DNA of 64,000 nucleotides. Source: Balanoglossus misakiensis (Eukaryota; Animalia; Hemichordata). The stretch lies in the NCBI GenBank assembly GCA_040954595.2, contig CM082596.2, positions 2,536,999-2,600,998 of the forward strand, written 5' to 3'. Of this stretch, positions 54,601 through 64,000 are shown in pieces; within the stretch, counting starts at the first letter, position 1; each line of letters starts with the position of its first letter. The translations under genes and the position numbers were made by a program. The notes beneath the pieces were generated by a model, which saw only the letters and a list, made by a program, of their open reading frames with translations, was not told the origin of the DNA and did no database searches.

Positions 54601-57600
54601 TGGACGGGTAAACCTTTAACGTTTTCTTTTTGTGTTTATCTCAGATCTCAGTTTTCAGACAGTGTGAAAGATATGATCAAGATGTTTGCAAGAGCGACCT
54701 ACATGGTAAGATGGATTTGTGAATTAATTTTGGTGTCAGTTTTTGGATGTTTGCAAGTCATGGATTAATCTGAAAACAGTGACAGAAAACTGCTTCAGGT
54801 GTTCATAAATTTACAGCTTAATGTTTTTATTTTTGTTGTAGGTTGGTCTGGGATTGATGCCACACGATCACGACGACAGAGTTCCACTGGTTGCCTGGAC
54901 GACGTGTGCCTACACCATAAGTGCAGTGGAGAACTTGCTACGAGAGGAAGGGAAGCCTCTGTTTGGGTCTTTATCCTCTAGACAGGTAGACAGATGATCC
55001 CATATACACAAACTCGCGTTTCATTATCTGTCTGTGATGCATTGCTCTGTCAACATTATCTATCATGTGACATAACTCTTCCAACCCCTCATGACTGTTG
55101 CTCTGTTCCACAGTCAGTACTATTTTATTGTTCTTTTGGCTTTCAGAATGACTGTCTTGGTGCCCTGGTACGGTTTGCTGCGGCTTGTGGAAATATTACA
55201 AACACTACTGCATGCAGGAAACATGCAGTGCAGTTACTTTCAGGTAACTATGTTTTACTTAACTTTGATATACTGCATCAGGAAATTCATAGAAATCTAA
55301 ATTTTTGAATGAATCATTTTGTCATTGTGACCTACAAATGTATCTGTTATGATCAGAGGTTGAGGTATTAGTGGACAAGATATTATTTAAGAATTGTTTT
55401 GGAAAAAATCTTCCATTTTTTTCCAGCAATGACTGCCATGAAGGATGTTCCTGATTTGCCCTGCATCCTGGACCTGGATATGTTTACATTACTGGTAAGT
55501 TTGTGGTTTCTGTACGATCAAAGCTGGATCATAATTCATGTCATGAAGGCCATAGCGCCCTAAACAGTGTAACAGAAGAAAACCACAACAGTGCAACATG
55601 AAGCGCTGTCAAGTTTAAATTCAGAAGACAGTGCTCTCAACAGCTCTCTCTCAAATTCATGCTATGTTTGGTAATTTTTTCAGGTGAATGTGTGTCTGTC
55701 GGTACCACTTCTGAACTGTGAGGACAGTGGAAGTATTTCCAGTACACACGTCTCCGGAGAAGCCATCAATCATCACTCGGCTGTACAGGTCACACTAACT
55801 GCGCACATCCTACAAATATTATTTACATCTACATTTCAAAACGCTGGTAAGTGGAGAACCGCTATTTTACCCTTTCACCACCATGGTTTGGTCTGATTTC
55901 ACCGTTTCCTACAGTAAAGTTGGACCTCTATTCAGCGAAATAGGGGTGAATGGGCTAAAGGAGAATATTTTATATTTCAGATACTGAAATGGAACAGGAA
56001 GACCGGGAGGGGGCTCAGCAGTTGCTGGAAATTTACAAGAAACTACACGATACTGCAGGGTAAGATGTAATGCCCTTGTTAACAGAACTTGACATATTTC
56101 ATCATATCTAAGAATTTCATAACAGTTGCTGCTTATGCCAGAGAAACATGGTGTTTTATTTTCAAGAAATGTTCATACGGTACTACAGTTTCATCACCAT
56201 GAGTTGCTTTGTTTGTGTTTTTAGGATTACACCTTTGACGATACCATCGTCTTGGCAACTTCTGTGCCACGTCAAGAAGGCTTGTCTTCCATTCCTGAGA
56301 TGTGCAGCCATGTTTTTCCACTTTCTCAACGGAATTGCTAGCCCAGCTGAATTGCAGAGTAAGTTCCGATCAGTCACCCTGCGAGAACTGTTACAAACAC
56401 ATGAGGTTGTTGTATACTCTACGATAGCTATACGTACAAGAAATTGAGCAATAGCTGAAGGCTATGTTGGTATGCTTGAGAAATATGATCTATTCTATAT
56501 GTACTTCATTTTTGTGATATCCTTCTGTCATTTCTTACAGATAATGGTATAGATGAATTTGAACCACTGTGTCAGTACCTTGCTGTGCCCAGCAATCTCT
56601 CACTGCTGTTTGACACAGACAACACACCCCAGATGAAAACCATCATTGAGAGATGGTGTCAACATCCTGATATGAAGACTAAGATGTCGGCTGAAAACCA
56701 GGGCTCCTTAGTCAGGTAGGTTGTGAGGAGAATGAGTTTGTGTATTAACGTGTTGAGTTTCATTTTAATAGCAGGACTGACAGAGATGCTTTGTACATTT
56801 CAGATACCCTCTCGAAGTCAACCAGCTCATACCATTACCACGGGACTACAGTCAGCTGATCAATACTATATCACTATTCATGTAAGTACAGTACAGCTGA
56901 GTGTGTTGCTTGCATTGTAATTCTAGCACTCAGCTCAACTTGATACATTGTAGACTTTGACATATCGATACAAGTTTGCCACATTGTACTGGATATAGCA
57001 TAGCATTCATCTTTCTGGTCATTTCTGACAAAAGTGAACGAATATCCATGCATAGTGCCCTCTTGTACTGTGGTGTAATGACTATGCATATTGTTTCTAT
57101 TTTATTTGCAGGTGTCCCAAGTCTAGTGGTAATGACAGCAGAGCTCCGACGTTGTGTTTGGTGTGTGGCGAGACACTGTGCTCTCAGAGTTACTGTTGTC
57201 AGAAGCAAATAGAATCTGATATTGTCGGTGCCTGCATGGCCCATACCATGACGTGTGGTGCTGGTGTCGGAGTCTTTCTCAGGTAAGATGCAGTGGATAC
57301 TCATTTCAAAATAGACACTGATGTTAGTATTTTTTTTACCGTGTTTGTCACCATTTCTTTCTACTTTCATTACATTTTTCTCCAAACATGATCCCCACAA
57401 CTGATCTTTGTCATATTATCTTCCACCACTAACAGAGTCCGAGAGTGCCAGCTCATTCTTCTTTCTGGGAAAAACAAAGGTTGTTTCTTTACTCCACCAT
57501 ACCTGGATGACTACGGAGAAACAGACCAGGGTCTGAGGTCAGTATCAAAAAAACATACAAACTTTTTATATTTATCGTGTTTTCAAGATTTCTACACTTT

Positions 57601-57825
57601 GCATTGAACTACATGTCGTGTTATTTTCTTCTGATTATCTATATTTATTTCAACTTTATATTTATTTTTAATGAAACCTACAGGAGAGGTAATCCACTGC
57701 ATTTGTGCCAAGAGAGATACCGGAAACTTAAGAAGCTGTGGCTGATGCACGGAATCCCGGAAGAGATCGCACACCAACTGGAATCCAACAACAGTCTGCA
57801 GACCATCGATTGGCAGAACCTGTGA
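30633..57825 (+). CDS. UBR1/2: E3 ubiquitin ligase UBR1/UBR2 ortholog (N-recognin), 47 exons, 1763 aa
   Basis: Exons: 30633-30698, 32771-33042, 33197-33275, 33457-33564, 33818-33948, 34069-34129, 34258-34335, 34527-34713, 34873-34977, 35145-35233, 35334-35432, 35596-35683, 35834-36012, 36167-36295, 36530-36614, 36781-36867, 37064-37125, 37260-37370, 47401-47466, 49074-49178, 49288-49357, 49542-49666, 49869-49921, 50023-50125, 50319-50367, 50545-50699, 50836-50926, 52260-52351, 52536-52774, 52940-53092, 53188-53234, 53473-53566, 53729-53902, 54038-54162, 54284-54404, 54645-54705, 54842-54985, 55147-55243, 55427-55494, 55684-55846, 55981-56059, 56225-56358, 56541-56715, 56804-56881, 57112-57282, 57436-57537, 57684-57825 (5292 nt, in frame). 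UBR box [31 protein letters not shown]...GGFCDCGD; ClpS-like [12 protein letters not shown]; AGMWRRNG; RING-H2 CILCQE...[10 protein letters not shown]...FLCPLC; C-terminal [21 protein letters not shown]. Confidence 0.96.
42121..43500 (-). CDS. Class A (rhodopsin-like) GPCR with NRY motif, melatonin-receptor / Moody-Tre1-GPR84-like, 459 aa, intronless CDS nested in UBR intron 18
   Basis: N-glycosylated N terminus; TM1 GN; TM2 SLAISDL; WRIG..MC; TM3 IALNRY; TM4 W..P; ECL2 Cys; TM5 P...CY; TM6 YLP; TM7 CLNPLIYG; helix 8 FRRAF; Ser-rich tail. AATAAA at 41766-41761. Candidate 5'UTR acceptor at 43643 and donor after 45040. Confidence 0.92.
   Translation of the reverse strand: MMNSTQVLNLTNLHVANFNETNAAVYLLVSRCIAAICLIAFLIIGLIGNIMVLLVVTMHPKLKKLTNIFIGSLAISDLLFILIILPPCIDTFLNGRWRIGDKMCHVMAYCVPILVGISLWHTAFIALNRYLHIVHMKIAWRIIKKHTFAIVLVFIWVFPILVMAPTYWGKWGNVTYSDTLLRCSLNSRDSQYQFILVLVVLLLVPGLLVMFCYGHIMLEVHWTKQKVAKYVTHRRTTLNLTQEEIQLARTCVTICLALALGYLPFAVIRMVDRDESLSVNVYLTVTSLYCTSGCLNPLIYGLLNKYFRRAFIDLFHCNLKGSTSSPSRASSIRKSSRKSSLQSTSAFMYEESERRIARKGSTTSARSENLPDHNGHKYMINGKHYNTFSKRKLPDILPECTEEEENSRYSVDCLPYDSRSAIDKETNELPEERAQSIEQACHCALCTSTNGSIQIWIKR
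45883..45896. promoter_or_regulatory. Perfect palindromic RFX X-box
   Basis: GTTGCTATAGCAAC, upstream (minus-strand sense) of the nested GPCR. Confidence 0.55.
49503..49537. repeat. (TTTG)n microsatellite forming a polypyrimidine tract
   Basis: About 8 tttg units immediately before the UBR acceptor at 49541. Confidence 0.9.
51796..51864 (+). CDS. Candidate alternative cassette exon of UBR (69 nt, phase 1/1)
   Basis: Long U-rich tract, then tcctccag|. Open frame [23 protein letters not shown]. Donor ATG|gtgagc. Confidence 0.45.
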
Positions 57826-58193
57826 TCAGCTGTACATACAAGAGATTTTAATGATGTGGGCACTGGGGGTGCTGTTTTCCAACTCTCAGTGATTCCCACG
57901 TCCCAACACATAACTAACATTTTCATCTGCAAGTTTATGAATGCACGTGAACTGCTGCAGACTTGATAAGTGTCAGATAGTGATTAAGAGTGATGCACCC
58001 ACAGAGTATCTGAAATTCTTAAATCGAAAAGTTCATTTGATACGGAATATGAGGAAGTGTGTACTTCACAGTGCCACTGATTTTTAGTTGAATGATATAT
58101 AGCCTCCTTCCCTCTCCTGTTACCCAGTCTAAGTAACACCCCTCCCCACCTATATAAGTCACTGTAAAGTAAAACCCTAGTAGCCAAACGTGA

Positions 58194-58907
58194 AATAAAA
58201 CAGACATGTTTGCAAGGCCCCTCCGACACAACTACAACTAGACTATCAGAGGAAAGAAATCTTTCAAAACTAACATCATCATCTTGTGTCTATATTTTGT
58301 GGGAATTTTGTCTTTCTCCTACATTAGCCATTTTTGTCTCTACTTTAATCGTTAGTTCAGCATTGTTTGAATTTTCGAAGGTAGCTATTTTATCGCACAT
58401 TTTGATACTCTTTCGTGTGCAGTCCCTCTCAACACAATTTGTTTGAACTAAGAAATATTTTGAAAATTGTACTACATAAGGATGGTCGTGAGCATGCAAC
58501 ATTTGAACTATAATAGCCTGCAACACAGTAATTTGTGTACAAAATGCTGAAATGATTGTCAAGCGTCATTTTGGATATGAGGATCAGTGTTTAGGCTGCA
58601 AACTTGAACCCTAACCTCAAGTTCAAAATGGCTACCACCTGTCATTTCAAGTAGAACTAACCATCAGAGATAATCGCTGTAATTTATAACCGATGTGGGT
58701 ATGTATTAGATACTGGATTGGATTATATATAATTCAGCAATAGAGGATTGTACATTAATATTTTGCATTGTACAAAAGATATTTATGATTTTGATTTCAT
58801 TACTAATATGTGAGGTGCAAAGCTGTGTCTTTTTTCATCAAGGGGAGTTTGTTTTAGATTAGTGGCATATCTGTAGAGATAGAGTTCTTGCAGGGGTTAT
58901 AAATAAA
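58194..58907 (+). terminator. Candidate UBR polyadenylation signals
   Basis: AATAAA at 58194-58199 and 58902-58907 downstream of the stop at 57825. Confidence 0.5.
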
Positions 58908-60169
58908 GAAGACCCGGATTTATGCCAGTGTTTGTCTTGTGATTGTTGCAATTTCTGCCACTGGTGGCGCTACATCCACACCACAGCTCGGCAGTAGACC
59001 GCAATGGTAGTTTTTATAGTCGCGAATTTTATTCAATCCATGATGTTTTTATTTATTTATTTTACGTTGTCTTGTCTTTTTATCAGTATTATATCAGTGC
59101 TTATCCGCACATGTTAGTTAATTAGCATACAGCCTAATTTACATGTTTCATAATCATATATACGAACAAACAAATGTTCTCATGTAAACAAGCAATCACA
59201 ACACTGTCACCGGTACTTTACAGCAGAATGTAGCTCTATAGTGGATTGAGCATGCAGAAAGTGTACCAGTCCCCCTCAGAAATCGCCTCAAAACCAAAGA
59301 AGATCGTTGTAAATGGGCAAAGAGGATAGCAGGTATGAATTTGGGTGGTAACGATGTAGATGTGACTGTTCGCTGTTGTGTGTGTGTGTGTCCCAAATAT
59401 CTCGTACGTCTAGTGGTTTTCACTTTTCTCAACCAGCCAGCATCCGTGCCTTGATCTAACAAAAGAAACGCCAAGAAATAATCGCACAAGCTTGCGAAAT
59501 TGGTGCGAATTTACTCGAAATAGCTGTAGCTCCGCGGCATGAACTGAAACGGAAGTAAGAGCGCCACCAGCGTTTGGAGTGCGGCAACAACCGTGGTCCC
59601 AGCTCCGCATCAAGTCTTATACATTTATTTATATGCCTGGAAAACGTCAAGACTTTCCCTTATTTCGATATCGCATCTGGTGCAATTAAACTTTGGAACT
59701 CATAAAGTAGAAAAAATACCCTGATTGATGATAGCGTATCTAGGACAGTGGGGAGTAATTATTGTATTGTACATTATCCATTATAAAGATTATATCTTAT
59801 CTGCTAGCCACGGCAATTATTTGAATAACATTGATTTTATCCAAGGTAAGGCTAGGCCAGTTCTTAGAATGCTAAGACAAAGGCATATGTATTTGGAGAT
59901 TTTTTTACTATGTAAGCCGTGCATGGCAAAATTAGATCATCGCCCGGGCAGCACAGAACATTTCTACGTACAGCAGTGTCATCGAATTGGCCCTGAATAT
60001 TACACAGGAACTTGAGAATCGTCGTAATCTTTGCAAGATTTTCACGTTTGTTCACAGTAAAATAATAGACTGACCAAACTGTTTTCAAAGCCGTGATCGA
60101 CACGGCATCCAGCGAGCCGGTCGTGTGAAACGTCAGTGGATATTTGGCAACTCGCTTCGTTGCACTGTG

Positions 60170-60189
60170 GTAACCATAGTGACGTCACT
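60170..60189. promoter_or_regulatory. Overlapping X-box-like and CRE element
   Basis: GTAACCATAGTGAC (60170-60183) overlaps the palindrome AGTGACGTCACT (60178-60189). Confidence 0.4.
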
Positions 60190-63100
60190 GTCCTGTGAAA
60201 AGTCACAGTCCAGTGAGATTTGATAAAGAAACAATTACTGTTTTTTCCTTTCTTTCCCGTTTTAGTCGAAAAATCTACAAACAACGAAAACCAACTCGTA
60301 ATGCGCATGTCGTTATTATTTTAGCTCTAAATCCCCATTGATGTCACGATAGGCTGGTTGCCCCTTAAACTTTTAAAGCAAAATAAGTCACACACCCCGG
60401 GTCACATTCCTCCCGGGCAGGCAACATATGCAACAGAGGTCAACAAAGTTAAACATTCTTCAGCATATGTCCGCCGTATACATGGCATGTGAAAGCTCGC
60501 GTGATATCTCGAGATCTAACAGAAGCTTACCTGCGTGACGCACAGGTGTAGGCTTCATTTATTTCACGTAGACTCAAATTTTATACAAAGTCGTATTCTG
60601 TATCTCTAGAATCACGGCGGTGCAGGGGTCGAACATGACATTGTGCCTCTCACAGGATCCGCAAAAGCCATTTACAAGACTAAGTTTTTGTACGTGTATA
60701 ATTCCCAGCGACATTTTCAAGCTGTAGCAGATGTGACTGAACTGTATAAGCGTAACGTCATGCATATCGATCAATGACAAAAGAGCCTGCCCTTGAGAAC
60801 ATTAGAGAGGACAATTTACATTTTGCAATATTTTCGTCGTGCATGCTACGCATTCACAAGAGCAAAGATGAACTTTAGCATTATGTTTGGAGTGTCGCCA
60901 TCAAAGTGTTGTTGAGCTCATATTGTGTAAAGGGAATTTAAACGGCAATATGGCGAGATACTATATTGGAAAAACCCGGGGGCATAAAAACGACTGTCGC
61001 TGTTGTCAGCGATATCTCGAAAAGCTTTTCATATCACATCGCGCCTTTTGGTCCAGCTTGTTTTTTTACTCTCACGTCGGTTAAGTGAATTGTGTGTTTG
61101 ATTTGCTGCCAAGATTTCTTGAATAATCGTCTTTTACAAAGCTTTGCAGGGGATGCAAACAGAACGCTTTCTTCTTCTTTTTCCCTGTGGGTTAAAGGTT
61201 CTGTTGTGTTTAGAATCAAGTTGGCATGGGCGCAGGCGACTCTATCAGACAGAGTTGATCTCTTGAGCACATCGTCACAAAAGTGCAAAGCGAATTAGTG
61301 TGCGAGACGACAAACAAGAAATTGGTATAGTTGCGCAACTGTTGTGAAGTGTGGAGAGAAAGTTACTTTTAGGCAAACAAACGTATCATTGCAGATCAAC
61401 AGTGCGAAGATAATGGCTGCAATTGGTACAATAGGGCATTGTCATGCAACGCCACAATACGCAATGCCACAAGTCCGGGGGAGGTATGGCATAGGTCGTT
61501 AGTTTTGTAATGGACCTACTGACATCCAAAGAAATAATACAAACAATGGGGGATTCCAGTCGTGGTTTTGTGATTTTTCTTCAATAACGTCTCATGAACA
61601 AATGATTACAACTCGCGTCACATTATGGGCAGCGTCTGACATCTCGCAAACGGCCTTGTTGATTATTCGATCGGGTTTTATGCGATATTTTCCAACCTAC
61701 CCCGATACTGTCTTTATTATTGAAGATGACCCATTCTGTCTGCCTGGCATAATGGCTGTTTATTTCATTTCGCTCTTTACATTCGTGTAAGTCTGTGAAC
61801 AGACGCTGTACTAGAATGCGCGAAAAAAAATATCAAGACTGTTTTTCGCACTAAAATCTACATACCTTTGCTTGAACAGAATTTTAAAAAAAATGTTCTG
61901 CATATATAATTGGCGCATTAAACGGCTTGGCAAAGACACACATGCATAATTTAGACCTTTCCCAATTAAGAGCCTAATATGAAAATTTGACTTCGCAAAG
62001 TTCACATTAATCACGATTGCTTAGCATCATTAAGATGCGTATCTCGTGCAGCGGAACCTAGTTTGCATAGCTTTCATCATTGAGCAAGAATACTAATGGT
62101 GTAGAATGTAAGAAACACGTAATGGTTGGTTGATTTGGGAGTGAAATTATAAGGTGTGTATTTTTGAGGAATATATCGACAGAAGCCCATTTGAATCTGC
62201 CATCCTTGACTGTATACCAGATAGTCAAGAATATAGTACAATACATGCAAACACTTCATTTTCCACGGGGTCCTTCACCCCGACACTCCACTATACTCCA
62301 GACTTGCACGATCCTTGACTCCTGCGTGAGTGCAGTCAACGCAATGACTTCTTACACTATATGAATTTTAAATTAGGTTATGTGTCGGTTTTGAGGTTGA
62401 CTAAAATTGCAAACGAGATGTGTTCATATGAAAATTATCAGTGGACGATTTAAAATTTAGCAGATAGGTCATTAGTATGCATGGGTTTTACTAGCCAATA
62501 TGCGATTTTAAATATTGTAGCCACAATCCACAAAGTGTGATGTAAAGTGGAGTGGTTTCATGAAAGAAAACATGAATAACGTATTAGTTACATGAGACGT
62601 ACATCGAAAATTGTTTGCAGCTTTCAGCTGAGGTCGTTATTGTGGAGTGTTCGAGTTCTGACGTCACGTTTCGCTGGTATCGGGTAGACAGGTGAATGAT
62701 CACGTCAGTTCCAGATGGCAGTCTTATAAAACACGCACACAAAGCCGACCGGTTTGAGTGAAATATGGAGTGAAATCTTCTCCATCTTGAAAGGAACGAC
62801 AAAAGCCCAATGTCGTGGGATCAACTTTCGCTGATAAGGTGCGTGGCGCCAAGCCGAACTGAACCAAAAAAAAAAGAAAACGTTTACTACGACTCGTGAA
62901 GAATCCAGCTTGTTTTGATCACCAGAACGGTAACCATGGTAACAGCGACAATACTAAATCCACGACAAAACCGAGTGTGCCGCTATGAAAGGCTAAAACG
63001 TGCACAAGTCTGGAGGAACTCACTAAAAGACATACAAACATAGATTCAGCAGCCCTCTATGGTAAATGTCACCAGAGAACACAAAATAATGAGTACGGCC

Positions 63101-64000
63101 AAAGAAACGTTATAAATTTTATTCGGTAGATAAAATGGGTTTACAGATCATGAAATCCTAAATACACGGAGTTGTAAGAACAGTAGATGCAATGAATTTT
63201 GCGTATTGTTATTTTTTTCAAGATGACGTAATGCATAGAGAGATAATGCATAGTGAAGTGGAGTAGATAAAGACGAACAAACGAACTCGTAAATATATAG
63301 ATTCAGTATAATTAGTTTAATGTAATTTTACTTGACCTGTTCTCAAAGCAATGTATGTGTGTGACTTTTCTTATTCACCTTCTGAGAAACTTAGAAAATG
63401 TTACAAACTCTTTTCGAATATCCAGCATAAATGTAAAATTCGATTTGAATACATGGTGATGAATAAGCTATACACCAGTTTTAAATATGTCACCCTTTTC
63501 TCAAAAGTTTAGAATTTCTTCAATATTTGTTAATCGGTTGAGTGGTTTCAGTTAAGTATTTTTGGTAATATAAATTCAGTTTAATTTAGCTGCAAAACCT
63601 ATGTAAGGTTAATGACGCGAATGTTAGTGAAATAACGGGAACCTCCAATCGATATCTGCTCGCATAAAATTTCAATGGCGCCGTTTCCCGCAAGAATAAT
63701 TCAACACTAAACATTGCATGGTTTTGGGGTGAAATAATGACTCCAAAACGACAGAAGGCATTCAAAACATTCATACTCGCCAGAAATGCAGAAATAACAC
63801 TTAGAAATAGAATTATACTAATCAAATGTTGGAAAATTATACTGGTAAATTTGTGTCGCAATTTTGCGGCATGGTCTTTAACGCACAAAAAAGAAACGAA
63901 ATCTGAGTCGACGATCGTCGTTAAGAACACGTTGATAAAATCGAAGCGCAAACAATCAAACGTTATCAGTATAAATCATGACGTAAATGCAGTGGCTGAT

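Noticed and set aside
59196-63951. Short ORFs at the right end, including the hydrophobic 121-aa ORF 63586-63951
   Set aside because: Mostly non-ATG starts, AT-rich composition, no motifs and no consistent splice-phase chain.
1-64000. Prokaryotic features (CRISPR arrays, operons), rRNA, tRNA, known miRNAs, autonomous transposons
   Set aside because: None recognised by eye; the sequence is spliceosomal-intron-rich animal DNA. An Infernal/RepeatMasker scan would be needed to exclude small RNAs and old repeats.

Overview
Intron-rich animal genomic DNA. The short GT-AG introns and vertebrate-like gene structures suggest a non-vertebrate bilaterian such as a hemichordate or echinoderm (inference). 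Seven protein-coding genes were reconstructed by hand from splice sites and frame continuity: (1) the 5' part of a TMEM196-like membrane protein (minus, runs off the left edge); (2) a ~1343-aa type I membrane protein with a giant S/T/P mucin stalk and one EGFR-ligand-type EGF domain (plus); (3) gephyrin (minus, 17 exons, 688 aa); (4) a ZIP1/2/3-type zinc transporter, head-to-head with gephyrin; (5) AVEN (minus); (6) a 47-exon UBR1/UBR2 N-recognin, head-to-head with AVEN; (7) an intronless NRY-type class A GPCR nested antisense in a 10-kb UBR intron. The main finding is inside gephyrin intron 6: two large same-strand exons splice in frame onto the complete G domain and end in their own stop and poly(A) signal. 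They predict a ~751-aa alternative isoform in which the E domain is replaced by a Cys/His-rich, WRKY-GCM1/MULE-like putative zinc-binding domain with basic NLS-like stretches. All family assignments come from recalled motifs; no searches were run.
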